DNA of 64,000 nt from Gracilinanus agilis (taxonomy: Eukaryota): the NCBI RefSeq assembly GCF_016433145.1, contig NC_058132.1:85812946-85876945 (forward strand), given 5' to 3'. The notes under the pieces are model-generated. The model did not search any database, had not been told where the DNA came from, and saw only the letters and a list, made by a program, of their open reading frames with translations. A program made the position numbers and the translations under genes. Position 1 is the stretch's first letter. Every line of letters begins with the position of its first letter. Shown one piece after another: positions 12,201-24,868 of this stretch.

Positions 12201-14279
12201 TGCCTAAAGTCACACAACTCATTGACAGAGTCAGTAACAGAATTTAACTCTCCTGACTCCTAGAAAGCTTATTCCTTCCCTTAAAGATATACTATTCATC
12301 TAAACCCACAGTGAGTATTTATTAAGCATCTAATATTTGCCAGGCATTAGGCTAAGTCCTGGGAATAGGATCTTATTTTATTCTCACAACCACACTGGCA
12401 CATTATTATCCCCATTTTTTAGATGAGGAAACTGAAGCAGACAAGGGTTAAAATGTGGCTTGAGCTGGGTCACATATCTAGCAAGTGTCTGGGTTCACAC
12501 TCAAACTCATAACTGACACCAGGTCAAATGTACCACCTAGCTATTTAGGTATATGCTTGAGACTGTGTGTTTTTCGGTATGTGTGTACAGATTATGGGCT
12601 TAGTGTGGAACTGTGTCACAACTCAACAGCAGTGTGATTTATAATTGGTGCTGAGCATGTTACAGACACACATACGTGTGTGTGTGGGGGAGGGTGAATG
12701 GCTGGACACACTTGCATGTTTGTGTGTGTGTCCATATCAGTGACTTAGGAGTGGAGCGTTTTTCCAGCCTGGAGAGGATGGAATGTTACTAAGCATGGTA
12801 GAATCACATATCCAGGTGCATGCCTGGGCACATTTGTGCACCTGAGGGAGGTATATTCTTACCTGTATGGAAGTAGAGTTACTGAATATACTCTTGTGAT
12901 GGGGATTCACCAACTCTTCTCTTCCAGATTCTATCTATACATGTATGTGTGTACAGGTGCATGCTTAAGCAGGGTATGTCGTAGTACCAATTCTAGTTCC
13001 CAGATTAAGGTCTGTACTGAGTACAGCCTACACCTGTACGGGATGAACAGGATAGGGGCTCCCTGGCACTGCTTGGCTGCATCTGCCTGTATGTTGTGTA
13101 GCGGGGTACCTGCTTTGTGCGCATGTCTACACCTGGGGAACCCCGCTCTAGTTTGAATAGGATCTGTGCTGAGTACAGTATATATCTGCAGTGTATGCCC
13201 AAGATGGGGGCTCGCCACCCCTGCTGAGCCATGTCTCAGTGCATGTGACCGTGGAGGATGAAAACGACCACGCGCCAGCCTTTGGGAGCTCCCCCCTCTC
13301 CCTGGAGGTTCCTGAGGGCCAGGATCCCCAGACACTGACCGTGCTTCGGGCTTCAGACCCCGACGCTGGCCCCAATGGGCAGATTAACTATCAAATACTG
13401 AGTAAGTCACATCAAAACTTGGGACTTTCAGCCTTCCCTACAACAGGGGATCCCTACAACTTGCCCATGTAACTGTTTTCCTCCTCCTCCTCCTCACTAC
13501 CTGCCATATCCCCATTCCACAGGCCTCTGTTGCTCCTCTCCATTCCCATAGAAAACCTTCTCCCTCCATAAGACTCCTTTCCCCCTCCCCATCCCTACAG
13601 GTCCCCTCACTCCAGAGTAACTACATGCCACTCTTCTTATCTCTGCCACCCCTGGCTTCCCCCTCTTCTTCTCTTCTCCTCTCTCTGCCTCTCTTTTCCA
13701 TGTCCTTTTTTCTCTCTCTCTTTGTATTTGTTGTCTCTATACGGCCATCAATCTNNNNNNNNNNNNNNNNNNNNNNNNNNNNNNNNNNNNNNNNNNNNNN
13801 NNNNNNNNNNNNNNNNNNNNNNNNNNNNNNNNNNNNNNNNNNNNNNNNNNNNNNNNNNNNNNNNNNNNNNNNNNNNNNNNNNNNNNNNNNNNNNNNNNNN
13901 NNNNNNNNNNNNNNNNNNNNNNNNNNNNNNNNNNNNNNNNNNNNNNNNNNNNNNNNNNNNNNNNNNNNNNNNNNNNNNNNNNNNNNNNNNNNNNNNNNNN
14001 NNNNNNNNNNNNNNNNNNNNNNNNNNNNNNNNNNNNNNNNNNNNNNNNNNNNNNNNNNNNNNNNNNNNNNNNNNNNNNNNNNNNNNNNNNNNNNNNNNNN
14101 NNNNNNNNNNNNNNNNNNNNNNNNNNNNNNNNNNNNNNNNNNNNNNNNNNNNNNNNNNNNNNNNNNNNNNNNNNNNNNNNNNNNNNNNNNNNNNNNNNNN
14201 NNNNNNNNNNNNNNNNNNNNNNNNNNNNNNNNNNNNNNNNNNNNNNNNNNNNNNNNNNNNNNNNNNNNNNNNNNNNNNN

Positions 14280-14326
<47 letters not shown>

Positions 14327-17300
14327 ATTGGCCTAGCAGATGGTGACCCATCAGGAGCCTTCATCCTGGATACAGTATCGGGGACCCTGGGCACAGCACG
14401 ATCATTGGACCGGGAGGCAGAACCATCATTCCAGCTAGTGGTGGCAGCCAGGGACGGAGGCCAGCCTGCGCTGAGTGCCACAATGCTGGTGACTGTGACA
14501 GTCCTGGATGCCAATGATCACGCACCCAGCTTCACAGCACCATCCTATGCAGTGGAGGTGCCCGAGGATGCACCCATAGGCACCCTGTTGCTGCAGCTGG
14601 AAGCTCATGATCCTGATGATGGTGCCAATGGACGTGTGGCCTACTATCTGGGTGAAGGTGCAGCTGGTGCCTTCTTGCTGGAGCCTGGCTCAGGGGAACT
14701 GCGCACAGCTGTTCTGTTAGACCGTGAGCGGCAGGCACGCTACGGCTTTGTAGTACACGCCGTAGACGGAGCTGCGGCTGGGCCCCTCAGTGCCAGCGTG
14801 TCGGTCACTATTACTGTGCGTGATGTCAATGACCATGCGCCTGCCTTTCCCGCCAGCCCCCTCAGACTCCGACTACGCTCCACCCGCACGGCCCTGGGGC
14901 AGGGCTCCTCTGGCCCTCATGTTTTAGCCACTCTGAGAGCAGAGGACCGTGATGCCGGTGCCAATGCCTCGATCTTGTACCGACTGGCGGGGCCCGCACC
15001 TCCTGGTGCCTCTGTGGACTCATACACCGGTGAGATCCGCTTGGCACGTCCCCCTGCTGCCTTGGGCCCCCGTGACCGTGTACTCTTCATCGTGGCCACT
15101 GACCTGGGCCGCCCAGCTCGCTCTGCCACTGGTGTGGTGGTTGTGGGGTTACAAGGGGAAACTGAACGAGGCCCTCGATTTCCCCGGCCCAGCACTGAGG
15201 CTGCTCTGCCTGAGGATGCCCCACCAGGTGCGGAGAGGGGCCATGGAATGGAGGTGGGAATAGGGACCATTAAACACCCCCAGGGGCATGCATGCTTGTG
15301 TTTAGGGTAAGGGGGGACAGAAGATATTCCATACCCCGCCTCATGCACTCCCCAACCACTCAGCTCCTTGACTGAATCTAGCTTATGATGCTTTACTCTC
15401 TGATCCCTCAAAACATCTTCCCTGGAAGCTGACCCTGACCCCTGAGCGCCACCCATGAGCCCTTCCCCCCTCTTCCTAGGGACCCTCATTGTGTCCCCCC
15501 AGGCCACCCATGCTGGGGGCTCCACGGGCGCCATCACTTACAGTATCCTCAGTGGCAATGAACATGATCTTTTCTCCATTGAACCCAGCACAGGTAGAGT
15601 ACAGGCAGATTGGGGTTGGGGGAGGTACCTAAAGGGTTGGGGATCTATGTCTGACATCTAAGGGATTATTCTGAAGTCAGGGAGTAAGTCCCTGGGGTCA
15701 GGATGGGGCCAAGCTGTGGGAAGTAGGAAGGAATCTCTGAGATCAAGTAGGGGGATGTAGGGGTGTCTCCTAAAATCTGTGTCCCTTTGAGGTCTGTGGG
15801 TTCTATCCCAATAGGAGCGTGTAGTGGGTGGGGGTTTCTCTGGGATTACAAGAGTTATCATCATGAGGATGAACGTTGGGAGGCCTCCCTAACTTCTAAA
15901 GTTCTCACGATCCATCAGGGGCACTCTCGGTGAAGGCAGCAGGTGGACTGGACTTTGAGACCAGCCCAAGACTTCGGCTAGTTCTGCAAGCAGAGAGTGG
16001 TGGTTCCTTTGGCTTCACAGTGCTGACACTAAGCCTACAGGATGCTAATGACAACGCTCCACGATTCCTGAAACCACACTATGCAGCCTTTGTACCCGAG
16101 TCTCGACCTCTGTCTGGGCCTCTCCTGAAGGTGGGAGGCAGGGGTGGGGAAGAGGGAAGGGCTTGAGGTGGGTGAAAGTGGAAGAAAAGAAAGAGGAGGG
16201 CCCTTCATCACTGTCTTCCACAGATCATAGATGGGGTAGTCAGAGTTTCCTTTGTTTTCCATAGTTTCCACTTCAGACTCACAGGTTAGGGACCGGGCCT
16301 AAGATGAGACCAGGGCCCTATTCTGTTCTCCTTCCATCCCCAGGTAGAGGCAGATGACTTAGACCAGGGCCCAGGAGGACAAGTCACTTATAGCCTCGCT
16401 CCATCCCAGCCCACTCGTGGGCTGTTCCATATAGACCCAGCTATGGGTACTATTACTACCACCGCCATCTTGGACCGAGAGATCTGGGCAGAGACTCGGT
16501 GAGGACTCAGGTTTCCTTCCCAATCCACGGACTCTCTATTTCCCTTCCACCTTACCCAACCACTTGCCCCAAACCAGCACCCCAACCACTGTGCCCTCTG
16601 ATGTTATCATGTAATTATGTGTTCCTTGGTATCCCCCTGGGGTCCTCCCTGGGTTTCCCCCTATCCCAGTGCCTTTCCGGGATCCTCATGTTTCCTTAAG
16701 TTCTAGTTACTCTACGTGCTCTCACCTTTTCTATTTCCAAAGTCTTGTGATTCTTGACCTGGTGCTCTCTGATTCTGTGCCTCCAGCCTGGTGGTGATGG
16801 CCACAGACAGAGGCTCCCCACCCCTAGTGGGCTCAGCCACACTGACTGTGCTGGTCATTGATGCCAATGACAACCGGCCGACCATCCCCCAGCCGTGGGA
16901 GGTCCGAGTGTCAGAGGGTAAGTATGGCCCACATTCTGGGGATAGTGTCCTTGTCCGGAGGGTGAGTATCTCTAGCTGTGTCCTGTGGCCCACGTCTTTT
17001 GTCTATGTTAGCGTCCGTGTGGCTGTCCACATCTCTGTCCTATGTCTCATGAATGCTGTAGATGCACTGCTGGGCTCAGAGATTGCTCGGGTGACGGGGA
17101 ACGATGTGGACTCAGGACCTGCCCTGTGGTATGTGCTGAACCCGCCTGGGACCCAGGGCCCCTTCAGTGTGGGGCGCTATGGAGGCCGCATCTCACTCAC
17201 GGAGCCCCTTGACTTTGAGCACATGGACTGTTATCAGCTCCACCTGCTGGCCCGTGACGGGCAGCATGAGGGTAGTGCCAACCTCACCGTACAGGTAGAA

Positions 17301-20300
17301 GATGTCAACGACAATGCGCCCACCTTCTCTCAAAGTCTCTATCAGGTATGTTTTCACTCACCTCTCCTCTACGAGGATGCCTGGGGTCTTCCCCTTGTGC
17401 CCTCTGCTTCTTTAGAGACTCTCCTCTGCCCCAGAATCCCCCAAACAGAAACACCTCAGGGTAAGGATCCCTTGTGATCTCATTGCCACCAACTCCCAAC
17501 TCCTTCCCAGATTCAGTGTATGACTTTGAGCAAGTTCCTTCTACCTTTTCTCAGTTTCCTCATCTGTAAAAGGAGAGGGTTAGACTCAGTTGTCTCAAGT
17601 CTTCTAAAACTGAGTCTACAGCTTAGCTTAGTTGATGTTAGGGGCTCACTACCTTTATTTCTAAGCTCTTTGGTTTATCTTTTTACCCTAGGTGAGATTT
17701 TATAGCTGAGTTTCTAGGCAAGAAAGGTATTACCTTGCTTCAGCCCGCCCCCTTGTCTGAACCAGAGTTCCCTTTAATCCTGGGCAGAATCACTTGGTTC
17801 CTCTGTGCAGTGTCTTATGTTAATTAAATTGTGCCTTTTTTGTGAGCTCTCTGAGCTGATGGGGAAACAAGTTTGGTTTCAACATTTTTGAGGAGCTGTT
17901 TTCTTCTGAACACTTTTTTAAAGATGGTTTCATGCTAATCTCTTAAGGACTTAAATGTCTCTTTTTATCTGAAGCATGACTATCTAAAATTCTTAGAAAT
18001 GTGCGCCTTTGCTTTATCTCATGCTCCCTTTTCTTTTTCAGCCTCGATAACATACATTGAAGCTTTTCTATCTATTTTCTGGTTTCCTTATTTATTAAAT
18101 GGGAATTTTATTAATTTCAGAATTTACATATTATATAATTTATATAAAATATAAATGTTATAAACCCTGCTTCCCAGGCTTGTTGTGAGGATCACATGAG
18201 ATAACATAGGTAAAGCACTTTGCAAACTTGAAAGTGCTGTAAAATACTAGCTAACATTATTAAGTTTCTCCAATGGTCTCTGAATGCCTGAGTTTTTCCA
18301 CTAAACCTTATCATCTTGCTTCAGTTGTTGATAAGAACACGCAGGCTTTATGCTACCATTTGTTGCTTAATGTTGGTTTGGGAGCATTGCTCTGAACCAA
18401 ATGGAAATTTCCCTCTCTAGTTGTTTGACATATTTGTGGCCATCTAATCCACATGTGTAACAGAAGACAGTTTTGCCTCTTGGGTTAGATCTTTTTAAAA
18501 TTCAGTTGTATTGTACATTCTGGATTTCCTCCCTCTCCTCTCCCCCTCCCCCACACTGTGATTGTATCTCGATACTGATACTCATTTATCAGTCTGTTGT
18601 CATCTAACTGAGGATGAGGTCATTTTGAATTTTCCCAGGTTCTGTGACAGCCTCCATCTTTGGTGCCTCCTCTTCATTTCCTGATGCTGATAATTTGGCA
18701 TTTGGCCTCTCTCACAAACCAACCCTACCTTCCTCTTTTTGGGTATATTAATCACTCATGTGATTCACCCAAGTTACAGTTAAAACACAAGATTCACTTC
18801 TTCTATTTTGTTCATTCCTGTGCTTTTTACGGTGCTGGGGGTGCACCTGGAATCAACTTTTGTGACCTTTGCTGTCTCAGTCTTCTTTCACGAGTAGAAT
18901 GCTCTTGCTTACCACTCCAACCTTTGCACAAATTCCTTGTCAACTTTGTCCTCCAAATTGCATTATATCAGTGGAACTCCCTGTCTGCGTCTCCAGTTCG
19001 TACAAAAGAGGATATTCTAGAGTTCTTCAAGATTGGGTCTCCTCATTGGACTCCCTCTCCGCAACGGCACTCCTGCTGTGTATTTTGCATTCTTACTGTT
19101 CATCCCCTTGTGGAAATGTGGTGGCATCCATTGTGTCTCTAGAACTGTGAGAGTGCATATCTGTGGGTATGCCATGCCACTTTGTACCAAGCCTGAGAGA
19201 TACCAGAAGTGTTAGAGGCCTCCAAACAGCCTGGTTGGGCTCAGCACAAGAGCACTGACTCACGCTTAGGAAGAGAACCTTCCTGGGGACAGCTGTACCA
19301 GGCAGCCTGAGAAGGCAAATAGGCAGGAAAGGGCTAGGGTGAAAGCCAGGGTCCAGAAGACAGCAGGACCCTTTTGGGCACAAAGTCTCACAGAAGACTA
19401 AAAGGTACAAGGATTGGGAAGAAGGTGCTAGTGTCCGGGGCAAAATCCTGTGGCCCCTTGGAATATTAGCAACAGCTATCCCAAAGATGTGGTGGTCACC
19501 TTCTTACACAATGCATTCGTCAAATCTTATGGCCCCTGCCAGTCTGCTAATAAGCAGGCGGCTTGCTCCAGTCCTGTCTTACTCCACGGAGGGAACATTA
19601 GTCATGGCTTCCAGCCTAGGACAGGTGGGAACCCAGGGAGTAGTTCAGAGCCTGAAAGAGTCACAGTCAGGCTCATACCCATCCTTTCCCCCCAGGTGAC
19701 TTTGCCAGAGCACACAACCCCAGGCAGTGCAATCCTCACCATCTCTGCCACCGACCTTGATTCTGGGGACAACGGCCGCATCTCCTACCACCTAGTGTCT
19801 ACTGCAGAGGGCTTTGACATCGACCCCAGCAATGGTGCCGCTCCTCTTCCCCTCACCTTTCCTAGTTTCCCCTTGTCTCCTCCTTCTCAATGGACTCCTA
19901 TCTCTTCTCCAGTTGCCTCTGTCCCATTATTTTTTAAACCTTTACTTTCTGTTTTTGAATCAATACGGTGTAAAAGATGAACAGTAAAGGCTAGGTGATG
20001 AGGATTAAGTGACTTGCCTAGAGTCACAGAGCTGGGAGTGTCTGGGGTCACATTTGAACCCAGGACCTCCTGTCTCTGGGCCTGGCTCTCAATCCACTGA
20101 GCTACTTAGCTGCCCCCCCACCCCATTTTTTTCATTCATTCACGCATGCATGCATTCATTCATAAAACACTTAATAAGCAACTATTGTATATACTAGGGA
20201 AGATGCAAAGTTGATTCCTACCCTTGTGGATCTATTGGGAATATGACATTAATAATGACAGCATTTGTTTGTGCCCCTGTTGGCCTCCAGCCTTCACCCC

Positions 20301-23148
20301 TCACCCTCATCTTTTCCGTCTTGTTTCTCCCTCACCCACATCCTCCCCCCTAGTTGTGTCCTGATCATTGGCCTCCCTTCACCCCAAATCTCGGTTTCTA
20401 CCACCTGTTCTCCCCTGCTTCCCACTAATACTCCCATTGGCCTCCCTCCATTCCTGATCTAAGTTGCCTCCCCCCCACCATTTCCCCTTCTTCCCACTAA
20501 TCCCCATTTCCTCCACTTCAGGGACCCTGTTCATGATTCAGGCAGCCTCCCTGAGTCCAGGAGGTTTGGGCACAATGGACATGGTGCTGGAAGCACGAGA
20601 TCATGGAGTCCCAGGAAGGAGAGCGCAGGCCATAGTCCACATTCAGCTTCTGGATGAGAATGACTACACTCCAAGCTTTGTGCAGCCCCACTACCACATC
20701 AGCGTGGCCGAGGACTTGCCCCCAGGCTCCACGGTTTTAGTCCTAGAAGCTACAGATGCTGACCAAAGCCGACTCCACGCCACATTGGACTATACTATCA
20801 TCAGTGGCAACCGTGGACATGCCTTCCAGCTGGAAAGGCACTTGGCGGAAGGTGGTTCTGGTCCACAGGCCCTGGGCTATCTTGTGTTGCTGGAGCCACT
20901 GGACTTTGAGAGCGTCACCGAGTATAACCTAACCGTATGTGCAGCTGATAGGGGGAAGCCTCCCCGAAGCACGACCGTCCTCGTCGTCGTCACCGTGCAA
21001 GACGTCAATGACAATCCCCCCGTGTTTGCCCAGCCCCATTACCGTGTGGCTGTGCCAGAGGACACCCCCGTGGGCACCGAGCTGCTGCGTGTCGTGGCCT
21101 CTGATCCCGATCCTGGACCCCATGGTCTGGTCCGCTTCACGATCAGCTCTGGGGACCCTGCCCACCTCTTCGAGCTAGACGAAGGCTCAGGCGTCCTCCG
21201 GTTGGCCAGACAGCTGGACCGAGAGGCCCAGGCCCAGCATCAACTGGTGGTCGAAGCAGCCGACCCCCCTGGAGCCCACTTTGCACTGGTGCCAGTGACT
21301 GTGGAAGTACAAGATGTCAATGAGCACGGGCCTGCCTTTCCCCTGCTTAGCCTGAGCGCCAGCTTGCCCGAGAACCAGCCCCCAGGAACCCTGGTCACCA
21401 CCCTTCATGCCCTGGACAAAGACACGGGAGCCTTTGGGCGGCTCCACTACATGCTGCTGGAGCCGGGATTAGGGCCGGGCCTGGGAGCCAAACACTGGGA
21501 CCTGTTTGCGCTGAACGGCTCCTCGGGGGAGCTTCGGGCTCGGGTGCCTTTTGACTACGAGCACACGCGGAGCTTCCGCTTGCTTGTGGGCGCCGCAGAC
21601 GCGGGGAACCTCTCGGCCTCCGTCACCCTGTCTGTGCTGGTGACCGGCGAGGACGAGTACGATCCCGTCTTCCTGGCGCCTTCGTTCCACTTCCAGGTGC
21701 CCGAGGGTGCCCGGCGGGGCCACAGCCTAGGCCACATCCGGGCCACAGATGAGGACGGAGGCGCCGATGGCGTGATCCTGTACTCTCTTTCGGCTCCCTC
21801 CCCATATTTTGGGATCAACCAGACTACGGGCGCTCTGTACCTTCGGGTGGACAGCCAGGCGCCGGGCACGGGGTCCAGCGGAGCTGGCGGAGGAGGCCGA
21901 GCGAGGCGGGAGGCACCCCGTGAGTTACAGCTGGAGGTGGTGGCTCGAGGGCCCTTGCCTGGAGCCCGAAGTGCCGCAGTACCCGTGACCGTGGACATAA
22001 CCCACACGGCTCTAGGCCTGGCACCGGACCTCAACCTGTTGCTAGTGGGAGCCGTGGCAGCCTCCCTGGGGGTGGTGGTGGTGCTGGCACTAGCGGCCTT
22101 GGTGTTGGGGCTGGTGCGGGCCCGTGCGCACAAGGGGGAGGCAGCCCCCGTGCCCACTCTTCCACCTGCCCCCCTGAGCACCAGCTCCCTGCAAAAACCG
22201 GCCCGGGATGCCCCCAGCCCGCCACATTCTGAACACCTTTACCACCAGACGCTCCCTGGCTATGGGGGGCCCAGCACGGGGGGCCCCTACCCCCGCGGCG
22301 GCTCCCTGGACCCTTCCCACTCCAGCGGCCGGGGTTCTGCGGAGGCTGCTGAAGACGACGAGATCCGGATGATCAATGAGTTCCCCAGAGTGGCCAGCGT
22401 GGCTTCTTCGTTGGCCGCCCGAGGCCCCGACTCCGGCATCCAACAGGACGCAGATGCGGACGGTCTGAGCGACACCTCCTGCGAGCCTCCTCCCCCCGAC
22501 GCCTGGTACAAGGGCCGGAAGGCCGGGCTGCTGCTTCCGGGCCCTGGTCCGGGGCTCTATCGTGAGGAGGGCCCACCCGCCGCCAGCACTGCCGGGGCCT
22601 TCCTCGGGGGCTGTGGTCTGAGCCCGGCCCCCCCCGGAGACTATGGCTTCCCAGCGGATGGCAAACCCTGTGTGGCAGGGGCACTAACAGCTATCGTGGC
22701 TGGCGAAGAGGAGCTCCGGGGCAGCTACAACTGGGACTACCTGCTGAGCTGGTGTCCCCAATTCCAGCCATTGGCCAGTGTCTTCACTGAGATTGCCCGG
22801 CTCAAGGACGAGGCACGGCCTTGCCCGCCTGCACCCCGCATTGACCCACCACCCCTCATTACCGCTGTGGCCCACCCTGGGGCCAAGTCTGTACCCCCTA
22901 AGCCAGCTAGCTCCTCTTCAGGCCCAGGAGTCCGGGGTCCCTTCCTGCCTACCCACCGCTCCCCCATTAGCCACGAGGGATCCCTCTCCTCAGCTGCCAT
23001 GTCCCCCAGTTTTTCACCTTCGCTGTCACCGCTGGCTGCCCGCTCCCCTGTTGTCTCCCCTTTTGGGGTGGCACAGGGCCCCTCTGCCTCAGCCCTGAGT
23101 GCGGAGCCTGGCCTGGAGGCCCCTGATGAAGCAGAGCTACATATCTAG
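6257..23148 (+). CDS. DCHS1: Dachsous cadherin-related 1 (protocadherin-16), 3' portion, 13 exons; 5' exons lie upstream of the window
   Basis: Exons with GT-AG sites and consistent phases: 6257-6414, 6767-7628, 7712-7951, 8187-8312, 13192-13401, 14340-15227, 15480-15593, 15919-16130, 16344-16498, 16787-16917, 17062-17345, 19696-19834, 20522-23148 (TAG). Translation shows cadherin repeats (LDRE, DxNDNAP, DxD), RARREAP, a TM segment (LLVGAVAASLGVVVVLALAALVLGLV) and the Dachsous tail (EDDEIRMINEF, GSYNWDYLLSWCPQFQPLASVFTEIARLKDE ... ELHI). Confidence 0.97.
8815..9055 (-). mobile_element. L1 3' end with poly(A) tail (antisense)
   Basis: ttccatggttacatgattcatg ... caagcagttgtttttctt; closely similar to the copy starting near 50515. 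Confidence 0.8.
9430..9950 (-). mobile_element. Decayed RTE-clade LINE, reverse transcriptase region
   Basis: Minus-strand translation with stops: ...RIKNYCLIFL...RQAS...IADHILTVT...NIALRELYQKG...VKIL...FKDVTAKIILFD...QGIKK. This follows the RTE RT order (DIKNYRPICL; REQAGF; TADHIFT; GIKQG). Confidence 0.7.
10539..10606. repeat. (TTTTC)n microsatellite
   Basis: Direct reading. Confidence 0.95.
13755..14279. other. Assembly gap (525 N) in the DCHS1 intron 13402-14339
   Basis: Run of N. The flanking exons join in phase, so no coding exon needs to be hidden in it. Confidence 0.99.
14280..14324. repeat. (CT)n microsatellite abutting the gap and forming the polypyrimidine tract of the next DCHS1 exon
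   Basis: Direct reading. Confidence 0.95.
19930..20115 (-). mobile_element. SINE (SINE1_Mdo-like) in the last DCHS1 intron
   Basis: Same head (GGGGCAGCTAAGTAGCTCAGTGGATTGAGAGCCAGG on minus) and tail as the copy at 59000-59198. Confidence 0.8.
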
Positions 23149-24586
23149 ACTGGAAAGCTCCCAGGGCCCCTGCAGAGGCAAGCGGACACAGGATGAGCCC
23201 ACGGGCCTGTCTCCTAGAAGCCTCTGCCCACTTCCATCTCATCCCATCCCTAGGTTGGGGCAAAGAATTACTCCAGGGTCCGCTGATTCCCCCTGGTGGG
23301 GACAATGCCTGGCTCCCCAGAGATACCCCATCCTAGACAACAATGCAGTCACCAACCCTGACAGAGGGGCCCTAACAGGCCCAGCCTAGACTCCCCCAGG
23401 GCTCGGCATATATATCCTTCGGGGCCCAGGGCCCAGCCTATATACACCCTGCCCATTGGCCCTAGTGTATACAGCTCTGAGGCCCAGCATATACAAAGGC
23501 CCAGCCTCCATCCCCAGGTCTCCAGGAATCAGTATATGCACATCCCAGGTCCCCCGGGCCACCTCTGTTCCCCAGACCTGGGCTTATCATATCTATCCCC
23601 CAGAGCCCAAAGTTTATGCCAGTATGTAAACCTTTGTGACCACCCCCTTCTCTTAGATCTCTCCTCTTCACTCTGAAGCCCAACATGTACACAAACTCCC
23701 CAGATCTGTCCTCCAACTCTGTAAGATCTGGCACCAGACCTCCTTGGCCAGGAATCTTCCCAGGATTCACCTGATCACTCACCCTCTTTCCAAAGGGTCA
23801 GATACTCCTCCCGCCTCTGCCTGGAGGCTCTTTCTACCAGAAAGCCTTCAGCATCCCTCTCAAAATCGGGCCTGGCTTAACGACCATCCTCCCCCCCTTT
23901 CAGAACTGGCCCAGGGGCAACACTGGGCCTCACCTAGTATCTCCAAAGGCCTTTCCCTTCCCTTCCTCTGCCTGGCCCTGACATCTGCTACAACAGCTTG
24001 GTGCAGGTTTTCCCATCCTACAATCCTCCGCTCCCCGGAACTGAGCAGGGCAATATACTTCCCACAATCTGCCTCTGACGGCCCTCTTTCCTCTATCCCG
24101 GGTCCCGCCAGCATCCGCACTGTCCCTCCTCTCCCCCATCCTGCTTCTTGGAGCTCTGTGGTCTCCCTGCGCCCAGGAGAGGAAGGAGCAGGGCAGGCTG
24201 GGTCTCCTGGGGTCCGAAGTTCTCAGGCAGGTGAAAAGGAGGGCTCAGACGTGCGGGCGGGATGGGGCGGCCTCTCCAGGGAAGAGGTACTCAGAAGGGA
24301 TCCTTTCCTGGAAGGGTCATGGAGAGTAGGAGCGCTGCCCTCACCTTAGTCGGGGGCTGGGGGTGCATTCCGACCTGAAAGGGGCTCAGAGAAGGAGTTC
24401 TGTCCTGGGGGCTCAGAGAGGGGAAGACTCTGCCGGGGTAAGACTGTGAGATCTCTGCTCTGGGGGCTCAGCAGCTCCCAGAATTCCCCCTCCCAAGGCC
24501 CCGGACCCTTATTTATTGGGTGGGGGGAGCTCCAGCTGCCCTCGGACCCAGATCCAAAGTGCCAAATACTCTCACTCCGGAGCCTT

Positions 24587-24592
24587 AATAAA
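24587..24592 (+). terminator. Probable DCHS1 poly(A) signal
   Basis: First AATAAA I found after the DCHS1 stop; followed by a GT/T-rich element (tttgtttgggggtgttgtgtctgtg) ~30 nt downstream. Confidence 0.6.
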
Positions 24593-24639
24593 GAGACATT
24601 TGTACCTGGAGCTGCTTCCCTTTGTTTGGGGGTGTTGTG

Positions 24640-24868
24640 TCTGTGGGTGCGTGTGCAGAGGCGTGGAGAGGGTGTACGCAGGGATGGTGGGGGTGGGTGG
24701 TAGTTGTTGCTATTTGTGGAGCCCTGCCGAAGCTCGGGGTTGGCGCGTGTTTGCAGGGAGGGGCGTGGTCCCCCCGGTCCCTCCCCCATCCCGCCCACCT
24801 TTGGGGAGGTGTCTAGTCCCGGCGGGGTAGAGAAAGTGGGCGGTGCATCCAGTTCCCAGGTGCCGGTC
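24640..24868 (+). promoter_or_regulatory. TPP1 GC-rich promoter / 5' UTR
   Basis: CpG-rich, with GC boxes (ggggcgtgg, cccgccc, gtgggcgg) immediately upstream of the ATG at 24869. Confidence 0.55.

Noticed and set aside
13010-13180. Short degenerate repeat tctgt(a/g)ctgagtacag upstream of DCHS1 exon 13192
   Set aside because: Only ~16 bp in a low-complexity GT/CA-rich intron segment; no further structure.
13621-14351. Long ORFs containing X runs
   Set aside because: Artefacts of translating through the N gap and (CT)n.
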